Below, piece after piece: positions 9,199-18,705 of a stretch of 64,000 nt of DNA. The notes under the pieces are model-generated. The model saw only the letters and a program-made list of their open reading frames with translations. It was not told where the DNA came from and did not search any database. A program made the translations under genes and the position numbers. The DNA is taken from NCBI GenBank assembly GCA_017885655.1, contig JAFNFQ010000026.1, forward strand, positions 2,505 through 66,504. Direction: 5' to 3'. Origin of the DNA: Methanobacteriota archaeon (GTDB taxonomy: Archaea > Thermoplasmatota > Thermoplasmata > RBG-16-68-12 > JAFNFQ01). Each line of letters begins with the position of its first letter. Positions within the stretch are counted from its first letter, which is position 1.

Positions 9199-9704
9199 TC
9201 GACCACCTCCAGGCCCAGCTTCTCTCGCGCGAAGGCGATCCCGTCATCCTTGGTTAGACGATGGCTCGTCGACACGCGCTTGGGCGCGATGCGCCTTCTC
9301 ATGATGCGATACCCGGGCCTTGCGAGTGCCACGTTGACGTCCATGCCGACGACGCCGATCTCGGGGTCGTACTTCATGCCCTCGAACTCCGTGTAGTCCG
9401 TGATGCCGAAGCTGAAGTTGCCTTGAGGGTCGAAAGAGTACGCGGGAAGCGAGTTGTTCTTGATGGAGAGTGCCTTGCGCACGAACGTCTCCGCGTCCTT
9501 CCCTCTGATCGTGACCTTCGCGCCTATCGGCATGTTCAGCCTTATGCCCCAATCCCTGATCGTGCTCCTGCTCAGGGTCTGCACAGACTTCCTCTTCGTC
9601 ACGAGGCCGAGAACCTTCTGCGCCTTGACGAGCTTCTCGCCTGCAGCGCCGACGCCGATGTTGATTACGACCTTTTCAATCCTCACGTCGCGCATCTTGT
9701 TCAT
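9195..9704 (-). CDS. rpl5: 50S ribosomal protein L5 (uL5)
   Basis: [19 protein letters not shown]…, conserved uL5 core. Confidence 0.9.
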   Translation of the reverse strand: MNKMRDVRIEKVVINIGVGAAGEKLVKAQKVLGLVTKRKSVQTLSRSTIRDWGIRLNMPIGAKVTIRGKDAETFVRKALSIKNNSLPAYSFDPQGNFSFGITDYTEFEGMKYDPEIGVVGMDVNVALARPGYRIMRRRIAPKRVSTSHRLTKDDGIAFAREKLGLEVVE

Positions 9705-9712
9705 TCCAACAC

Positions 9713-10423
9713 CTACAGCGCCGCCCCTTCAGGTAGCGTGACTTCGCTTCTCTCGCCCCCTATGACGAAAACGTGGTCGATTATCGTTGAGAACCCTTCC
9801 TTGAAGTAGACCAAGTTGGCCTTCGGGTTCCTAGTGAGCTCGAGCCGGTCGATATGCGCGACTTCGCCGGCGTGGCGACCGCCTATCAAGAGGACAGTGT
9901 TCCCTCGTTCCAGCGGATATGACTCGAGGATCTTCTGGTCGGGGAGCTGTATCTTGAGCGTGGTCCTCGTCTTGTACTGATCCTTTTCCAGCAGGACATT
10001 TCTGCCGTCGTGCAGGTTCAGCTGAGTCACGCCCCCTCTGACGGTGTGCTTGTCCTCTATCCTCGCTAGCTTCCACTTCGCTTCGGATTCCCCGATTCTG
10101 ACGAGTGCCAGTCTACCCTTCCTGTCCAGGAGCATCCTGTGGGTTTCCTTGGTCTCCTCCAGGGCGAGGACATCCATCAGACCCACAGGGAACTTGAGAT
10201 TCGAGACGATTCTGCCGTCCACCCGGACCTTCCTGCCGTTCAATATCGCGCTGGCCTCCCGCCAGTTGTCCGCATAGTGGAGGTAGGTCCTCAGCACAGA
10301 TACGATGGGTACCGAACGCTCAGTCGGATGAGGTCCCGGCGAGGGTTTTGCCGTCCAAACCTGTACCTTCCTCTCCACCCGCCAGGTTCTCGGCGCTGCC
10401 AGCCTCTTCATGTGCTTCTTCAT
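9713..10423 (-). CDS. rps4e: 30S ribosomal protein S4e (eS4)
   Basis: Internal ATG 10421-10423 (MKKHMKRLAAPRTW…), 236 aa with S4/KOW domains. ATGA overlap with L24 stop. The track extension to 10843 overlaps L24 and is rejected. Confidence 0.9.
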   Translation of the reverse strand: MKKHMKRLAAPRTWRVERKVQVWTAKPSPGPHPTERSVPIVSVLRTYLHYADNWREASAILNGRKVRVDGRIVSNLKFPVGLMDVLALEETKETHRMLLDRKGRLALVRIGESEAKWKLARIEDKHTVRGGVTQLNLHDGRNVLLEKDQYKTRTTLKIQLPDQKILESYPLERGNTVLLIGGRHAGEVAHIDRLELTRNPKANLVYFKEGFSTIIDHVFVIGGERSEVTLPEGAAL

Positions 10424-10803
10424 TCTCTCTTCCCCAGGGACTCCAACTTGCCCTTTCTCCATGCGTCCGAATCGTCGATCTTCGTGATCATGACATTGGA
10501 TGGATGGATTTTCTTGGCGACCTGCTTCCCGTCCGCCTTCGCGTGGGTGATGCCCTCGATCGTGATTATGCCCCCGCGGTAGTCGACGGTCGCGACCTTC
10601 CCCTCCTTTCCCTTGTCGTCTCCCCTCATGATGTAGACCGTGTCGCCTTTCCTCACGGGAATTGCCCGCGGATAGACGGACTTCTCGTCCTCCAAGTACT
10701 TCGATGCCAGGTGTGCCGAGAGCATCTTGCGCCTCACATGGAGCGGCGCGTTGAACGCCCTCTTCCTCTGCTTCCTCGCCTTTATCGTCGCCATTTCTGT
10801 CAC
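10420..10803 (-). CDS. rpl24: 50S ribosomal protein L24 (uL24)
   Basis: KOW motif (RKGDTVYIMRGDDKGKEGKV), operon position. Confidence 0.85.
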   Translation of the reverse strand: MTEMATIKARKQRKRAFNAPLHVRRKMLSAHLASKYLEDEKSVYPRAIPVRKGDTVYIMRGDDKGKEGKVATVDYRGGIITIEGITHAKADGKQVAKKIHPSNVMITKIDDSDAWRKGKLESLGKRE

Positions 10804-11202
10804 CTAGACAATCATTTCCGCCGTGGCGGCTATCCTCGGCCACCTCTCCGCCGCTTCTCTCGCGACCGGACCTTTGATGTCCGATCCTTTCGTCTCACCT
10901 TCAGGCGTGATGATCACGCACGCGTTGTCATCGAACTGCACGATTGTTCCGTCTGGGCGCCTCCACGGTCTCCTCTGCCGGACTATGACCGCGTTGAAAA
11001 GCTGCTTGCGGGTCTCGGGCGTCCCCTTCTTGACTGTCACCACGAGGATGTCCGCCACCGCCGCGCTCGGCAGGCGGCGTCTCGTCCCGTGGTACTTGGG
11101 CACCTCCACGATCTCGACGATCTTGGCACCGGTGTTGTCGATGCAATCGAGCCTTGCCCCCTTCGGCAGACCCCTCGTTCGCCTTCCAGGGAGTCCCTTC
11201 AT
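10804..11202 (-). CDS. rpl14: 50S ribosomal protein L14 (uL14)
   Basis: Internal ATG 11200-11202 ([32 protein letters not shown]…), 132 aa. ATGA overlap with S17 stop. Confidence 0.9.
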   Translation of the reverse strand: MKGLPGRRTRGLPKGARLDCIDNTGAKIVEIVEVPKYHGTRRRLPSAAVADILVVTVKKGTPETRKQLFNAVIVRQRRPWRRPDGTIVQFDDNACVIITPEGETKGSDIKGPVAREAAERWPRIAATAEMIV

Positions 11203-11549
11203 GCGGTCGTCCCCCTCTTCTCGATGACAACGAACGAGACTGTCTTGCTGAGCGGCCGACACTCCATCAGTGTCACCTTATCGCCTTCCGCGAGGCCGAG
11301 GCACGGAGGGCTGTGCGCGCGCAGGCGCCTCGTTCTCTTCTCGAACCTCTCGTACTTGGTGATAGTCTTCATGTATTCCCTCTTAACGACGACGGTCTTG
11401 CCCATCTTCGTCGACACCACGACCCCACTCAGGATCTGGCCTCTCACGCTCAAGTTCCCATGGAATGGGCAGTGCTTGTCGTCGCAGGTCGCCTTGGGCG
11501 GGGCGACGTCGATTCCTATGTCCCTTGCTTTGCTGGTCTTCTTCGGCAA
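11199..11549 (-). CDS. rps17: 30S ribosomal protein S17 (uS17)
   Basis: …[44 protein letters not shown]…. Confidence 0.9.
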   Translation of the reverse strand: MPKKTSKARDIGIDVAPPKATCDDKHCPFHGNLSVRGQILSGVVVSTKMGKTVVVKREYMKTITKYERFEKRTRRLRAHSPPCLGLAEGDKVTLMECRPLSKTVSFVVIEKRGTTA

Positions 11550-11553
11550 TTGC

Positions 11554-11805
11554 TCACCTCGCCCTCTTGATCCGCTCCTCTGGCCTGAACAGTATGTCCT
11601 CTCCGTGAACTTCGATTCCGCCGCGGATGTCGAACCGGAACAGTGCGCCCTTCTTCTGTACCATTTTCTCCTTTCCTTCCTTCTCGATGATTAGGGTCTT
11701 CATGGTCTCGTCCACCACGCGGCCCCTCAGCCCGGTTTGGCTGGGGTCCGTGGCCCCGATGACCTCGACATGAAGCCCGATCAGTTCTCCTTTCCTGATG
11801 CTCAC
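11554..11805 (-). CDS. rnp1: RNase P protein component 1 (Rpp29/Pop4 family)
   Basis: 83 aa, Sm-like fold signature (GLRGRVVDETMKTLIIEKEGKEKMVQKKGALFRF). Canonical position between SUI1/L29 and S17 in archaeal operons. Confidence 0.8.
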   Translation of the reverse strand: MSIRKGELIGLHVEVIGATDPSQTGLRGRVVDETMKTLIIEKEGKEKMVQKKGALFRFDIRGGIEVHGEDILFRPEERIKRAR

Positions 11806-11806
11806 A

Positions 11807-12106
11807 TCACCTTACCTCGGCGGTGAAACCCATCTCTTCCAGGGTCTGCTTGACCTTCTTGCGGTGCTCGCCCTGGAGCTCTATTTTTCCATCTTTCGCA
11901 GTCCCGCCAGCGGCGCACTTAGTCTTCAGCACACGGGCTAGTTCCTGCAGATCGATGTCGCTCGAGTCTATGCCCGCGACTATCGTCACCGTCTTCCCGT
12001 ACCGCCTCCTGTCGCTGTAGATCTTGATATGCTGCTGCTCGCGGGCGATCTCTTCACACATGCACAGCTCCTCTGGCAAACCGCAGACGGAGCAAATGCC
12101 GGGCAT
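11807..12106 (-). CDS. translation initiation factor SUI1 (aSUI1/eIF1 homolog)
   Basis: 99 aa, …[21 protein letters not shown]…[35 protein letters not shown]. Confidence 0.85.
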   Translation of the reverse strand: MPGICSVCGLPEELCMCEEIAREQQHIKIYSDRRRYGKTVTIVAGIDSSDIDLQELARVLKTKCAAGGTAKDGKIELQGEHRKKVKQTLEEMGFTAEVR

Positions 12107-12348
12107 TATTTCGCTGCCTCCTTTGGCACTTTCTTCTCACCTCTGGTTCTTTTCTCCTCTTCCTTCATGATAGTGATCAGGCGGTTGATGCTCTTTCTGA
12201 GCGCGCGGATCTTTCCCGGGCTCGGCGGTGCGCCGCCCATCGCCGCCACGCCGCGCTCGTGCATCAGGTCGGTCCTCAGTTCCTTCAGCTTGGCGACTCT
12301 CGCCTCGGGGTCCATCTCCCGTATCTCGCGCGGCCTGATCAGAGTCAT
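12106..12348 (-). CDS. rpl29: 50S ribosomal protein L29 (uL29)
   Basis: 80 aa helical, [24 protein letters not shown]. Confidence 0.85.
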   Translation of the reverse strand: MTLIRPREIREMDPEARVAKLKELRTDLMHERGVAAMGGAPPSPGKIRALRKSINRLITIMKEEEKRTRGEKKVPKEAAK

Positions 12349-13223
12349 TACTTTGTCTCCTTCTTCTTCGTCTCGACATCCACGTCCATTTCCGTGCCGA
12401 GCTCCTTTGCTTCCCTGAGGACCTTTTTGAGCCTCTTCTCCGCGACTTTTCCGGTCTTGACCTTCTCCCCCTTCTCGTTCTTCCCTTCCTCCACCGTAGC
12501 GGAGGCGGGTTCGGTCGGGGGCTCAACCGGCTCGGGCATCTCGCCCGGAACCGGAGAGATTGGCGCGCCCTTGGCGGGCGGCGGTGCTTCCGTGGCGGCT
12601 GCCGTTTCCGCGGGTTGCGTGGGCAATTTCATCTCGAGCACTTCGATTTCGTCGGGGAGTTTCGCATTCGGGTCCATTATCTCCACGGTGACGCCGATTA
12701 CTCCCGGCTTCAGCTTGGCGATCGTGAAACCCTTTCTCATGAACAGGTTCCTCGGTTCCCCGCAGTATTTTATGTGGCCGGCCTTGAACTTCTGAGTCCT
12801 GTGGCGCTGGCTGGTGAGCTTGCCTGCGATGATGATCAAGCAGCCCTTCGCCCCTGCGTCCATTATCCGCCTGACTGTCGAGTGGCCAGCGCGGCGGAAA
12901 TGCCAACCCCTCTCAAGGGCGTTCGCGAGCTTCTCCGCCATGACCTGGGCGTTCAGCGAAGGGTTCTCGGTCTCCTGGACCTCTATCTGGGGGTTGTTGA
13001 ACTGGAACTTCGAGGAAACGGCCTCAGTCAAGGCCTTGATGGCCTCTCCCTTGCGGCCGATGATGAGACCCGGGCGCTCCGCTATGAGGGTAACCCTTGT
13101 CCCCATGGGTGTCCTCTGGATGTCCACGCCGCCGAAGCCGGCCCTCTGTGTCTCCTTCATGAGGTATTCCTTCAGCAGAACGCGCTTGATTTTATCGGCC
13201 ACGATCTTCCTTTCGCTCGCCAC
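12348..13223 (-). CDS. rps3: 30S ribosomal protein S3 (uS3) with P/E/K-rich C-terminal extension
   Basis: KH domain (…GRKGEAIKALTEAV…). Proposed GTG start at 13221-13223 (M-ASERKIVADKIKRVLLKEYL) overlapping the L22 TAG by 1 nt. The track start 13274 overlaps L22 by 50 nt. ~90-aa low-complexity tail. Confidence 0.85.
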   Translation of the reverse strand: MASERKIVADKIKRVLLKEYLMKETQRAGFGGVDIQRTPMGTRVTLIAERPGLIIGRKGEAIKALTEAVSSKFQFNNPQIEVQETENPSLNAQVMAEKLANALERGWHFRRAGHSTVRRIMDAGAKGCLIIIAGKLTSQRHRTQKFKAGHIKYCGEPRNLFMRKGFTIAKLKPGVIGVTVEIMDPNAKLPDEIEVLEMKLPTQPAETAAATEAPPPAKGAPISPVPGEMPEPVEPPTEPASATVEEGKNEKGEKVKTGKVAEKRLKKVLREAKELGTEMDVDVETKKKETK

Positions 13224-13678
13224 TACTTCACCTCTTCCAGAACCAACTCTATGTTGACGGTCTCGTGGTACCACCGCGTTGATCGCCCCATGGCCCTCGG
13301 CATCATGGCCTTGTTGGGCGAACCTTTGTGTGCCGCGATGACCTTGATTCTCATATTGTCAGATGTCAGTCCCTTGTACTCTGCGTTCTCCTGGGCGTTC
13401 TCGATGACCTTGAGCACCGCGCGCGCGGATTTCACCGGGTACCTGCCGGGTCCGATGCCTTTCTTGTGGCCGACCCAGCGCCTGTATGTCTTGAAAGGGA
13501 CGGGCTGCTTCAGGGCAATGACATTCTCGAGATACTCCTTCGCCCTCTCCACGTTCATGCCCCTTATGGCCCTGCAGAGCTCGAACGTCTTCTTGGTGGG
13601 GATGAAGAGCTCGCGCCCCATGGCTTTCGCTGTCGACTCGGGGTCGACGTCCTGTGCCGAATATCCCGCTTTCTTCAT
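13223..13678 (-). CDS. rpl22: 50S ribosomal protein L22 (uL22)
   Basis: 151 aa, conserved uL22 core (…RYPVKSARAVLKVIENAQENAEYKGL…). Confidence 0.9.
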   Translation of the reverse strand: MKKAGYSAQDVDPESTAKAMGRELFIPTKKTFELCRAIRGMNVERAKEYLENVIALKQPVPFKTYRRWVGHKKGIGPGRYPVKSARAVLKVIENAQENAEYKGLTSDNMRIKVIAAHKGSPNKAMMPRAMGRSTRWYHETVNIELVLEEVK

Positions 13679-13686
13679 CTGTTCAC

Positions 13687-14154
13687 CTATTTTAACGGCA
13701 TGAACTTTGACGATCTGGTCGCACCGACTCCCGGGCCAGAATGCTTGACTGTCTTCCGCGTCATCGCGAACTCTCCGAGATAGTGCCCTATCATCTCCGG
13801 CTTGATCTCCACTTTGACGAATTCCTTGCCGTTGTAGATTGCCACGGTCTTTCCTACGAAGTCAGGCAGGACGGGCACGTCCCTGCAGTGAGTCCGGAGT
13901 GGGTCCTCGCTGGCGCCATCGGATCTGAGCCTTTGAACGAAAATCGCCTGCGCTTCGTCCAGGCCGCGCTTGTAGGTCCTCCTTGCCCTCGAAGGCAACA
14001 GCTGGACTATCTCGTCCAATGTCATCGCCTTCATCTCTTCGAGGGTGTAGCCGCGGTAGGTAAACTCCTTCTTGCGGCGGACTTCGGTGCCCGCTGCCTT
14101 CTTCCTGAGCCTCCTGCGCGCTGCCTTGGCGAAACCGCCCTTCTTCCTGACCAC
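13687..14154 (-). CDS. rps19: 30S ribosomal protein S19 (uS19)
   Basis: [31 protein letters not shown]…[12 protein letters not shown] motif. Confidence 0.9.
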   Translation of the reverse strand: MVRKKGGFAKAARRRLRKKAAGTEVRRKKEFTYRGYTLEEMKAMTLDEIVQLLPSRARRTYKRGLDEAQAIFVQRLRSDGASEDPLRTHCRDVPVLPDFVGKTVAIYNGKEFVKVEIKPEMIGHYLGEFAMTRKTVKHSGPGVGATRSSKFMPLK

Positions 14155-14852
14155 TACTTCACCTTCTTCTTCTTCTGCGGTGACAGCCTACCTACCTTGC
14201 GCCCCGGCGGCGCTCCGGACGACACGGTGCTGGGCTTTCCTACATGCTGGTGCGCACCACCACCGTGAGGATGATCCACCGGATTCATCGCCACGCCGCT
14301 GACCTTGAAGTACGCCTTGGCGAGCGATCTGTATGCGAAGAACTTCCTTCCGGCCTTGTAGAACGGCTTGTCACCGCGGCCTGCGCCGGACACGACTCCG
14401 ACTGTCGCCCTGCAGTGCCTATCGAAGTCCTTCATCTGCCCCGAAGGGAGCTGCAGGATCGTCTTCGCGCCCTGGCTGACGATTAGCGCGGTGGTGCCAG
14501 CGGCACGGACCAGTTTCCCTCCATCGCCGGGCTGCATCTCGATGTTGTAGACCAGAGTGCCCTCGGGGATCTCACCCAGGGGCAGCGTGCAGCCTCTCTC
14601 GATGACCGGTTTGCCGGTCGTGACTGTTTGTCCGACCTCGAGGCCGTCGGGTGCGATCAGCATCGTCTTCTTCTCGCCGTAGCGGACAAGCGCGACAGGT
14701 GCGGAACGGCCTGGAGCCTGGATTATGTCTTCCACGACGCCTTCACCCTCGCCCTTGAAGTGCTTGACGGCGCCGAAGTGCCTGTGGCTAGGAGAGCGAT
14801 AGGTCGGCGACGTTCCGCGACCCCTTCTCTGAGTCCTCAGGTTCTTTCCCAT
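14154..14852 (-). CDS. rpl2: 50S ribosomal protein L2 (uL2)
   Basis: 232 aa, …PDGLEVGQ…HPHGGG(A)HQH… conserved uL2 C-terminus. Confidence 0.95.
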   Translation of the reverse strand: MGKNLRTQRRGRGTSPTYRSPSHRHFGAVKHFKGEGEGVVEDIIQAPGRSAPVALVRYGEKKTMLIAPDGLEVGQTVTTGKPVIERGCTLPLGEIPEGTLVYNIEMQPGDGGKLVRAAGTTALIVSQGAKTILQLPSGQMKDFDRHCRATVGVVSGAGRGDKPFYKAGRKFFAYRSLAKAYFKVSGVAMNPVDHPHGGGAHQHVGKPSTVSSGAPPGRKVGRLSPQKKKKVK

Positions 14853-14860
14853 GGCCTCAC

Positions 14861-15151
14861 CTAGAACACTCCTATTCTCATGCCGATGTCCTCGGCGGAG
14901 AATTCCGGCTTCAACTTGATGATCGCGTGCTTCCCGTCCTTTCTGATGAACGTGTGCACGCTGTCCACCTTGACTTCGAACATCTGCTCGAATGCCTTCT
15001 TGACGTCGTACTTCGTCGCCGTCCTCTTGACGATGAACTCGATCCTGTTGCCATCCTTCAGGTCCTGAGTCGGAGTGCCCGAGAGCATGTTCAGGGACTT
15101 CTCCGTCACATATGGATGCATCAATATCTCGTGCGGGTCCGTGATCACCAC
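14861..15151 (-). CDS. rpl23: 50S ribosomal protein L23 (uL23)
   Basis: 96 aa, TEKSLNMLSG…FIVKRTATKYDVKKAFEQMFEVKV. Confidence 0.9.
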   Translation of the reverse strand: MVITDPHEILMHPYVTEKSLNMLSGTPTQDLKDGNRIEFIVKRTATKYDVKKAFEQMFEVKVDSVHTFIRKDGKHAIIKLKPEFSAEDIGMRIGVF

Positions 15152-15999
15152 CCCCTCAGCTTCTCGAAGGCGCCAGCGCTGAAGATTGTCAGCCGGCCGA
15201 CGTCTCCACCTGGAGCCAGGAATTCCGCGTTTAGACCTGATGGCGTGGTCACGTCCACGCCTGGCATATTCCCGAAACCCTTCCGCACTCTGCTCGTGTC
15301 GTTCACGATGAGGAGGAAGCTCTTCGGAGACCTGTAGCGCCTTCCCCGCATCTTGCCTTTGCCGGGGCGGAGTGACGTCTTCTCCTTCGAGCGTGCGACA
15401 TCCTCTGTGACGCCGAGTGAGTCGAGCACCTTGAGCGCATCCTTGGCGGTAGCCGTGTTCTCGATCTCATCCACCGCCACGAGCGGGAGCGTCATTATCG
15501 GGCTGAATTGGTGGCCTCTCCTCCGGACGTTTTCGGCGACGCATATCGCGGACAAAGCCGAGTTGCGGGCCAATGTTCTCTCCTTCTGGTTCATCTTCTT
15601 CGCCCAGATAGTTTCCGGGCGAGGCGGGTGCGCCCTGCGGCCGCCTCTTGTTCCCGGCGCCTGCGCGCCGATCATCGTGCCCCTTATCCTTGGGACTCGG
15701 GAGACGCCCTGTCCTTTCCCGGACCACCGGACTGAGTGCCGCATGCCCGATCTGCTGCCTGGGCCGTACGCCTGACGCCGGTTTGCCCGGGAAGCCGTCA
15801 CTGCGCGCATGACCAGGTCGGGCCTGAATTCCGACATGAAGACGGCGGGCAGCTCAACGGAGTGGTCGACCTTCCCTTCGAGGTCGTAGATGTTGACCGT
15901 GCGAGCTGGCGGTGCCTGAGTCGCCACAATGGGGTGCTTCTTCGCGTGGATTGGTTTCTTCACCACGCGCGTCGCCTCCTTTTTCTCCGCCATCCCCAT
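15145..15999 (-). CDS. rpl4: 50S ribosomal protein L4 (uL4/L1e)
   Basis: 284 aa, conserved uL4 segments, operon position. Confidence 0.9.
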   Translation of the reverse strand: MGMAEKKEATRVVKKPIHAKKHPIVATQAPPARTVNIYDLEGKVDHSVELPAVFMSEFRPDLVMRAVTASRANRRQAYGPGSRSGMRHSVRWSGKGQGVSRVPRIRGTMIGAQAPGTRGGRRAHPPRPETIWAKKMNQKERTLARNSALSAICVAENVRRRGHQFSPIMTLPLVAVDEIENTATAKDALKVLDSLGVTEDVARSKEKTSLRPGKGKMRGRRYRSPKSFLLIVNDTSRVRKGFGNMPGVDVTTPSGLNAEFLAPGGDVGRLTIFSAGAFEKLRGW

Positions 16000-17036
16000 C
16001 AGCCCCCCTGCTTCGATTCTTTTGAAATATAGGTCATTTCAGGCGCCTTCTCTAGTGTGACATGCTTCGCGACCCTCGCGGCGTCTCGAAGGCGAACGAG
16101 CCTCTTCGTCGGCCCAGGTATGGAACCGTGCAGAAGCACGTAGTGATTCCTCACGACGCCGTAGTGCAGGAAGCCGCCGTCGGGCGTGATGTCCGCGCCG
16201 TTATCCCCGATTTTGAGCACGCGCTTGTTATGCTCTGTCCTTTGGTGGTAGCCAACCTGCCCGCCCTGCGGCACTGTTGGTCTGATGTAGCCCGGGTTGA
16301 AATTTCCCCTGGTTCCGATCATCCGCCTGTGCTTGCTGTTCTTGTGCGACAGGAGCTTTACGCCGAATCTCTTGATGAAACCCTGCCAACCTTTGCCCTT
16401 CGTCACCGCAGCGACGTCGAGCATCGCCCCTTCCTTCGTGAAGTCGGTGATCTTGATTTCTTTGCCGAGGAGGTCGACGGCATACTTGAGTCGCGCCTCG
16501 ACGGTACCTCCGCCGATTCGGTTCTCCATGATCTCGGGTTTCTTTTTCGGGATGCCCGTCACTAGGCTGGGCTGAGTGTACATGATGACGCGGACTTCGT
16601 CGATTCTCGAGATGTCGACCTCGACCTCACCGCCCTTAGACTTCTTGTTCTTCGGGATGGGGAAGGCGCGGGCGAGCTCTTTATCGAGCTTGTCTGCCCA
16701 GATTTCCTGCGCGACCTCGTGACCGTTGTGCGTCCTCTCGTACAGCCTGACGGCCGCGACTCTCATGGGCGGCACCTCGATCACGGTGACTGGGACCTGG
16801 ACCTCTTGCCCGGTGGTCGTGCTCGTGGGCCTAAAGTCGACCATCAAGGCGTGCGTCATGCCCGCCTTGTAACCCGCGAACCCCTGGAGTCTTGGCCCGT
16901 CCTGTATCTCGGGCCATCCGGAGAAATGCGGAATCTGGCTTTCGCTCCTCTTCCGCGGCGAGTACGCCATCGAGCCCTTTCGTGGCCTGTGCTCCTTCGG
17001 CATGTTCAGCCTCGAAGATGCCCTCTGCTGGGACAA
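15999..17036 (-). CDS. rpl3: 50S ribosomal protein L3 (uL3)
   Basis: 345 aa, first gene of the cluster. Start may be an internal Met (MPKEHRPRKGS…). Confidence 0.9.
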   Translation of the reverse strand: MSQQRASSRLNMPKEHRPRKGSMAYSPRKRSESQIPHFSGWPEIQDGPRLQGFAGYKAGMTHALMVDFRPTSTTTGQEVQVPVTVIEVPPMRVAAVRLYERTHNGHEVAQEIWADKLDKELARAFPIPKNKKSKGGEVEVDISRIDEVRVIMYTQPSLVTGIPKKKPEIMENRIGGGTVEARLKYAVDLLGKEIKITDFTKEGAMLDVAAVTKGKGWQGFIKRFGVKLLSHKNSKHRRMIGTRGNFNPGYIRPTVPQGGQVGYHQRTEHNKRVLKIGDNGADITPDGGFLHYGVVRNHYVLLHGSIPGPTKRLVRLRDAARVAKHVTLEKAPEMTYISKESKQGG

Positions 17037-17442
17037 GGCCGTCAGAGAGCCTTCTTTTCGCGTCGACCGTGACGCTTCCTACGCCCTAGAAAGGGCTAGG
17101 CGTGTTGTTGGGTTCCGTGAGGGATAACCCACTCACGTCTGGTTCGACGCTGTCTGTCGTCAAAACATGCGGCCGTATTTAACGCTTGCTATCTGCAGAC
17201 CCCCGTCATCATGGGGCGTGGCTGCTGGCCGAAGGCAATCAGAAAGGCTGTTGCGGCGAACGGATTTTGCAGACTGGAGCCTTCTCATCTCGCCATGACT
17301 AGAGCCCGAGCTTGGGCTCCGGCGCAGACAACGTTGCGCATTTGATGTTCACGTCGTAGCCACCAAATACAGGAAACGCCTTGCCTTCTTCCGGCCACGC
17401 CGGCAGGTGTAAGCCCTGGAATTCATCGCGGCTCTGCTGATT
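17037..17442. promoter_or_regulatory. divergent intergenic region (r-protein operon promoter on minus; antiporter promoter on plus); TATA-like GTTAAATA on minus near 17174-17181, two GC hairpins
   Basis: No coding potential consistent with neighbours. AT-richer patches with TTTAAC/TTAAATA. Hairpins GAGCCC-gagctt-GGGCTC (~17303-17320) and GCCCTAG-aaa-GGGCTAGG. Confidence 0.3.
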
Positions 17443-18630
17443 GTGCTTGTCACCGCTCTTGCACTCGGTGAAGGATTCCGCCGCCTTGGTCACGCCCCGC
17501 TCATCGGCGAAGTTCTCGCCGGTCTCATCCTCGGTCCGAGCCTTCTCGCATTGGTAGATACGAACCCTGCAACGAGCGCGGGGGCCGGGCTCGGGACCGT
17601 GGCGACGCTCGGTGTCTTTTTCGTCGTCCTGGCGGCGGGAATCGAGGTCGGTCGTAGCGGATTGCGACAGGCCGTGCGGGAGGGAACCGCAATCGTCGCC
17701 GTGGTCGAGTTCATCTTCCCATTCTACCTGGGGACGCTCCTTGCCCAAGCGCTCCGCCTCGATCCGCTCCCTTCGTTACTTCTCGCAACCGGCATGGCCG
17801 TGACGGCGCTTCCCGTGAGCGTCCGGATATTGATCGACTTTGACCTCCTCCAGACACGTCTAGGCCGCGCGATTATCTCAGTGGCCGTCGTGAACGACAT
17901 AATCGCTTTCGCCATGCTGGGCGTGATCCTGACTCTCCAAGGTACGACGACCGGGGGGGACCTGTTTGGCGGCGTCGCGCTCGGTGTGGGGAAGATCCTC
18001 CTATTCGTCCTGCTCGTCTCGATTATCGGATGGCTTTTCCTTCTGAAACGCGCAGACGGGCGGCCGCATCTGGCAGCGTTCACTGCGAAGTTGAGGCGAC
18101 CGGAGGCCGCGTTCGGCATCGCCGTCGCTCTCGCGCTGGGAATGGGCGCGCTGGCGGAGATGCTCGGCATACACTTCGTGGTCGGCGTGTTTTATGCGGG
18201 GGTCTTTCTCACCTCGGAGGCGGTCGGGGTGTCTCAGTTCGCCCTCGTCCGCAACACGACTCAAAGCGTTGGACTCGGTTTCCTAGCGCCCGTTTTCTTT
18301 GCGTATGTGGGTCTCCGCATATCGATAACGCAGGTAGATTGGCTCCTGGTGGCGGTGGTGACCGCCGTCGCTTTCCTGGGCAAGATCATCGGGGGAGCGA
18401 TTGGCGGGTACGCTGCGGGATTCAGGGGTCGCGAGCTAGCCGCACTCGGAGTCGGTTTGAACGCGCGCGGCATGATGGAACTCCTGCTGGCTGACATAGG
18501 TCTCCAGGCCGGAATCATCACCCAGAGCCTGTACGCCGCAATCGTTTTCATGACGCTGGTGACCACTGTGTGCGCGCCGATTCTGCTGAAGCTCCTGACC
18601 AAGGGCCCGAACGCGAACTTGACTATATGA
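17443..18630 (+). CDS. monovalent cation:proton antiporter, CPA2/Kef-NhaP type (membrane domain only)
   Basis: 395 aa, ~12 TM, family signatures (EVLAGLILGPS, AVVNDIIA, GLELS-like segments). GTG start is the first start after the in-frame stop at 17410. No C-terminal KTN/TrkA domain. Confidence 0.8.
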   Translation: MLVTALALGEGFRRLGHAPLIGEVLAGLILGPSLLALVDTNPATSAGAGLGTVATLGVFFVVLAAGIEVGRSGLRQAVREGTAIVAVVEFIFPFYLGTLLAQALRLDPLPSLLLATGMAVTALPVSVRILIDFDLLQTRLGRAIISVAVVNDIIAFAMLGVILTLQGTTTGGDLFGGVALGVGKILLFVLLVSIIGWLFLLKRADGRPHLAAFTAKLRRPEAAFGIAVALALGMGALAEMLGIHFVVGVFYAGVFLTSEAVGVSQFALVRNTTQSVGLGFLAPVFFAYVGLRISITQVDWLLVAVVTAVAFLGKIIGGAIGGYAAGFRGRELAALGVGLNARGMMELLLADIGLQAGIITQSLYAAIVFMTLVTTVCAPILLKLLTKGPNANLTI

Positions 18631-18705
18631 CCCCGGATCTGTGCGCGACAATTCTACGAGCGCGGGAAGTCCCCCCTTTCTTGAGACACCTCAGAGACGG
18701 CGCCA

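Noticed and set aside
10348-11694. 448-aa plus-strand ORF and similar long antisense ORFs across the ribosomal operon
   Set aside because: They are antisense to S4e/L24/L14/S17, which have unmistakable conserved sequences. High GC generates long stop-free antisense frames.
17299-17748. 149-aa minus-strand ORF
   Set aside because: It overlaps the 5' end of the well-supported CPA2 antiporter gene on the opposite strand and extends into the divergent promoter region.
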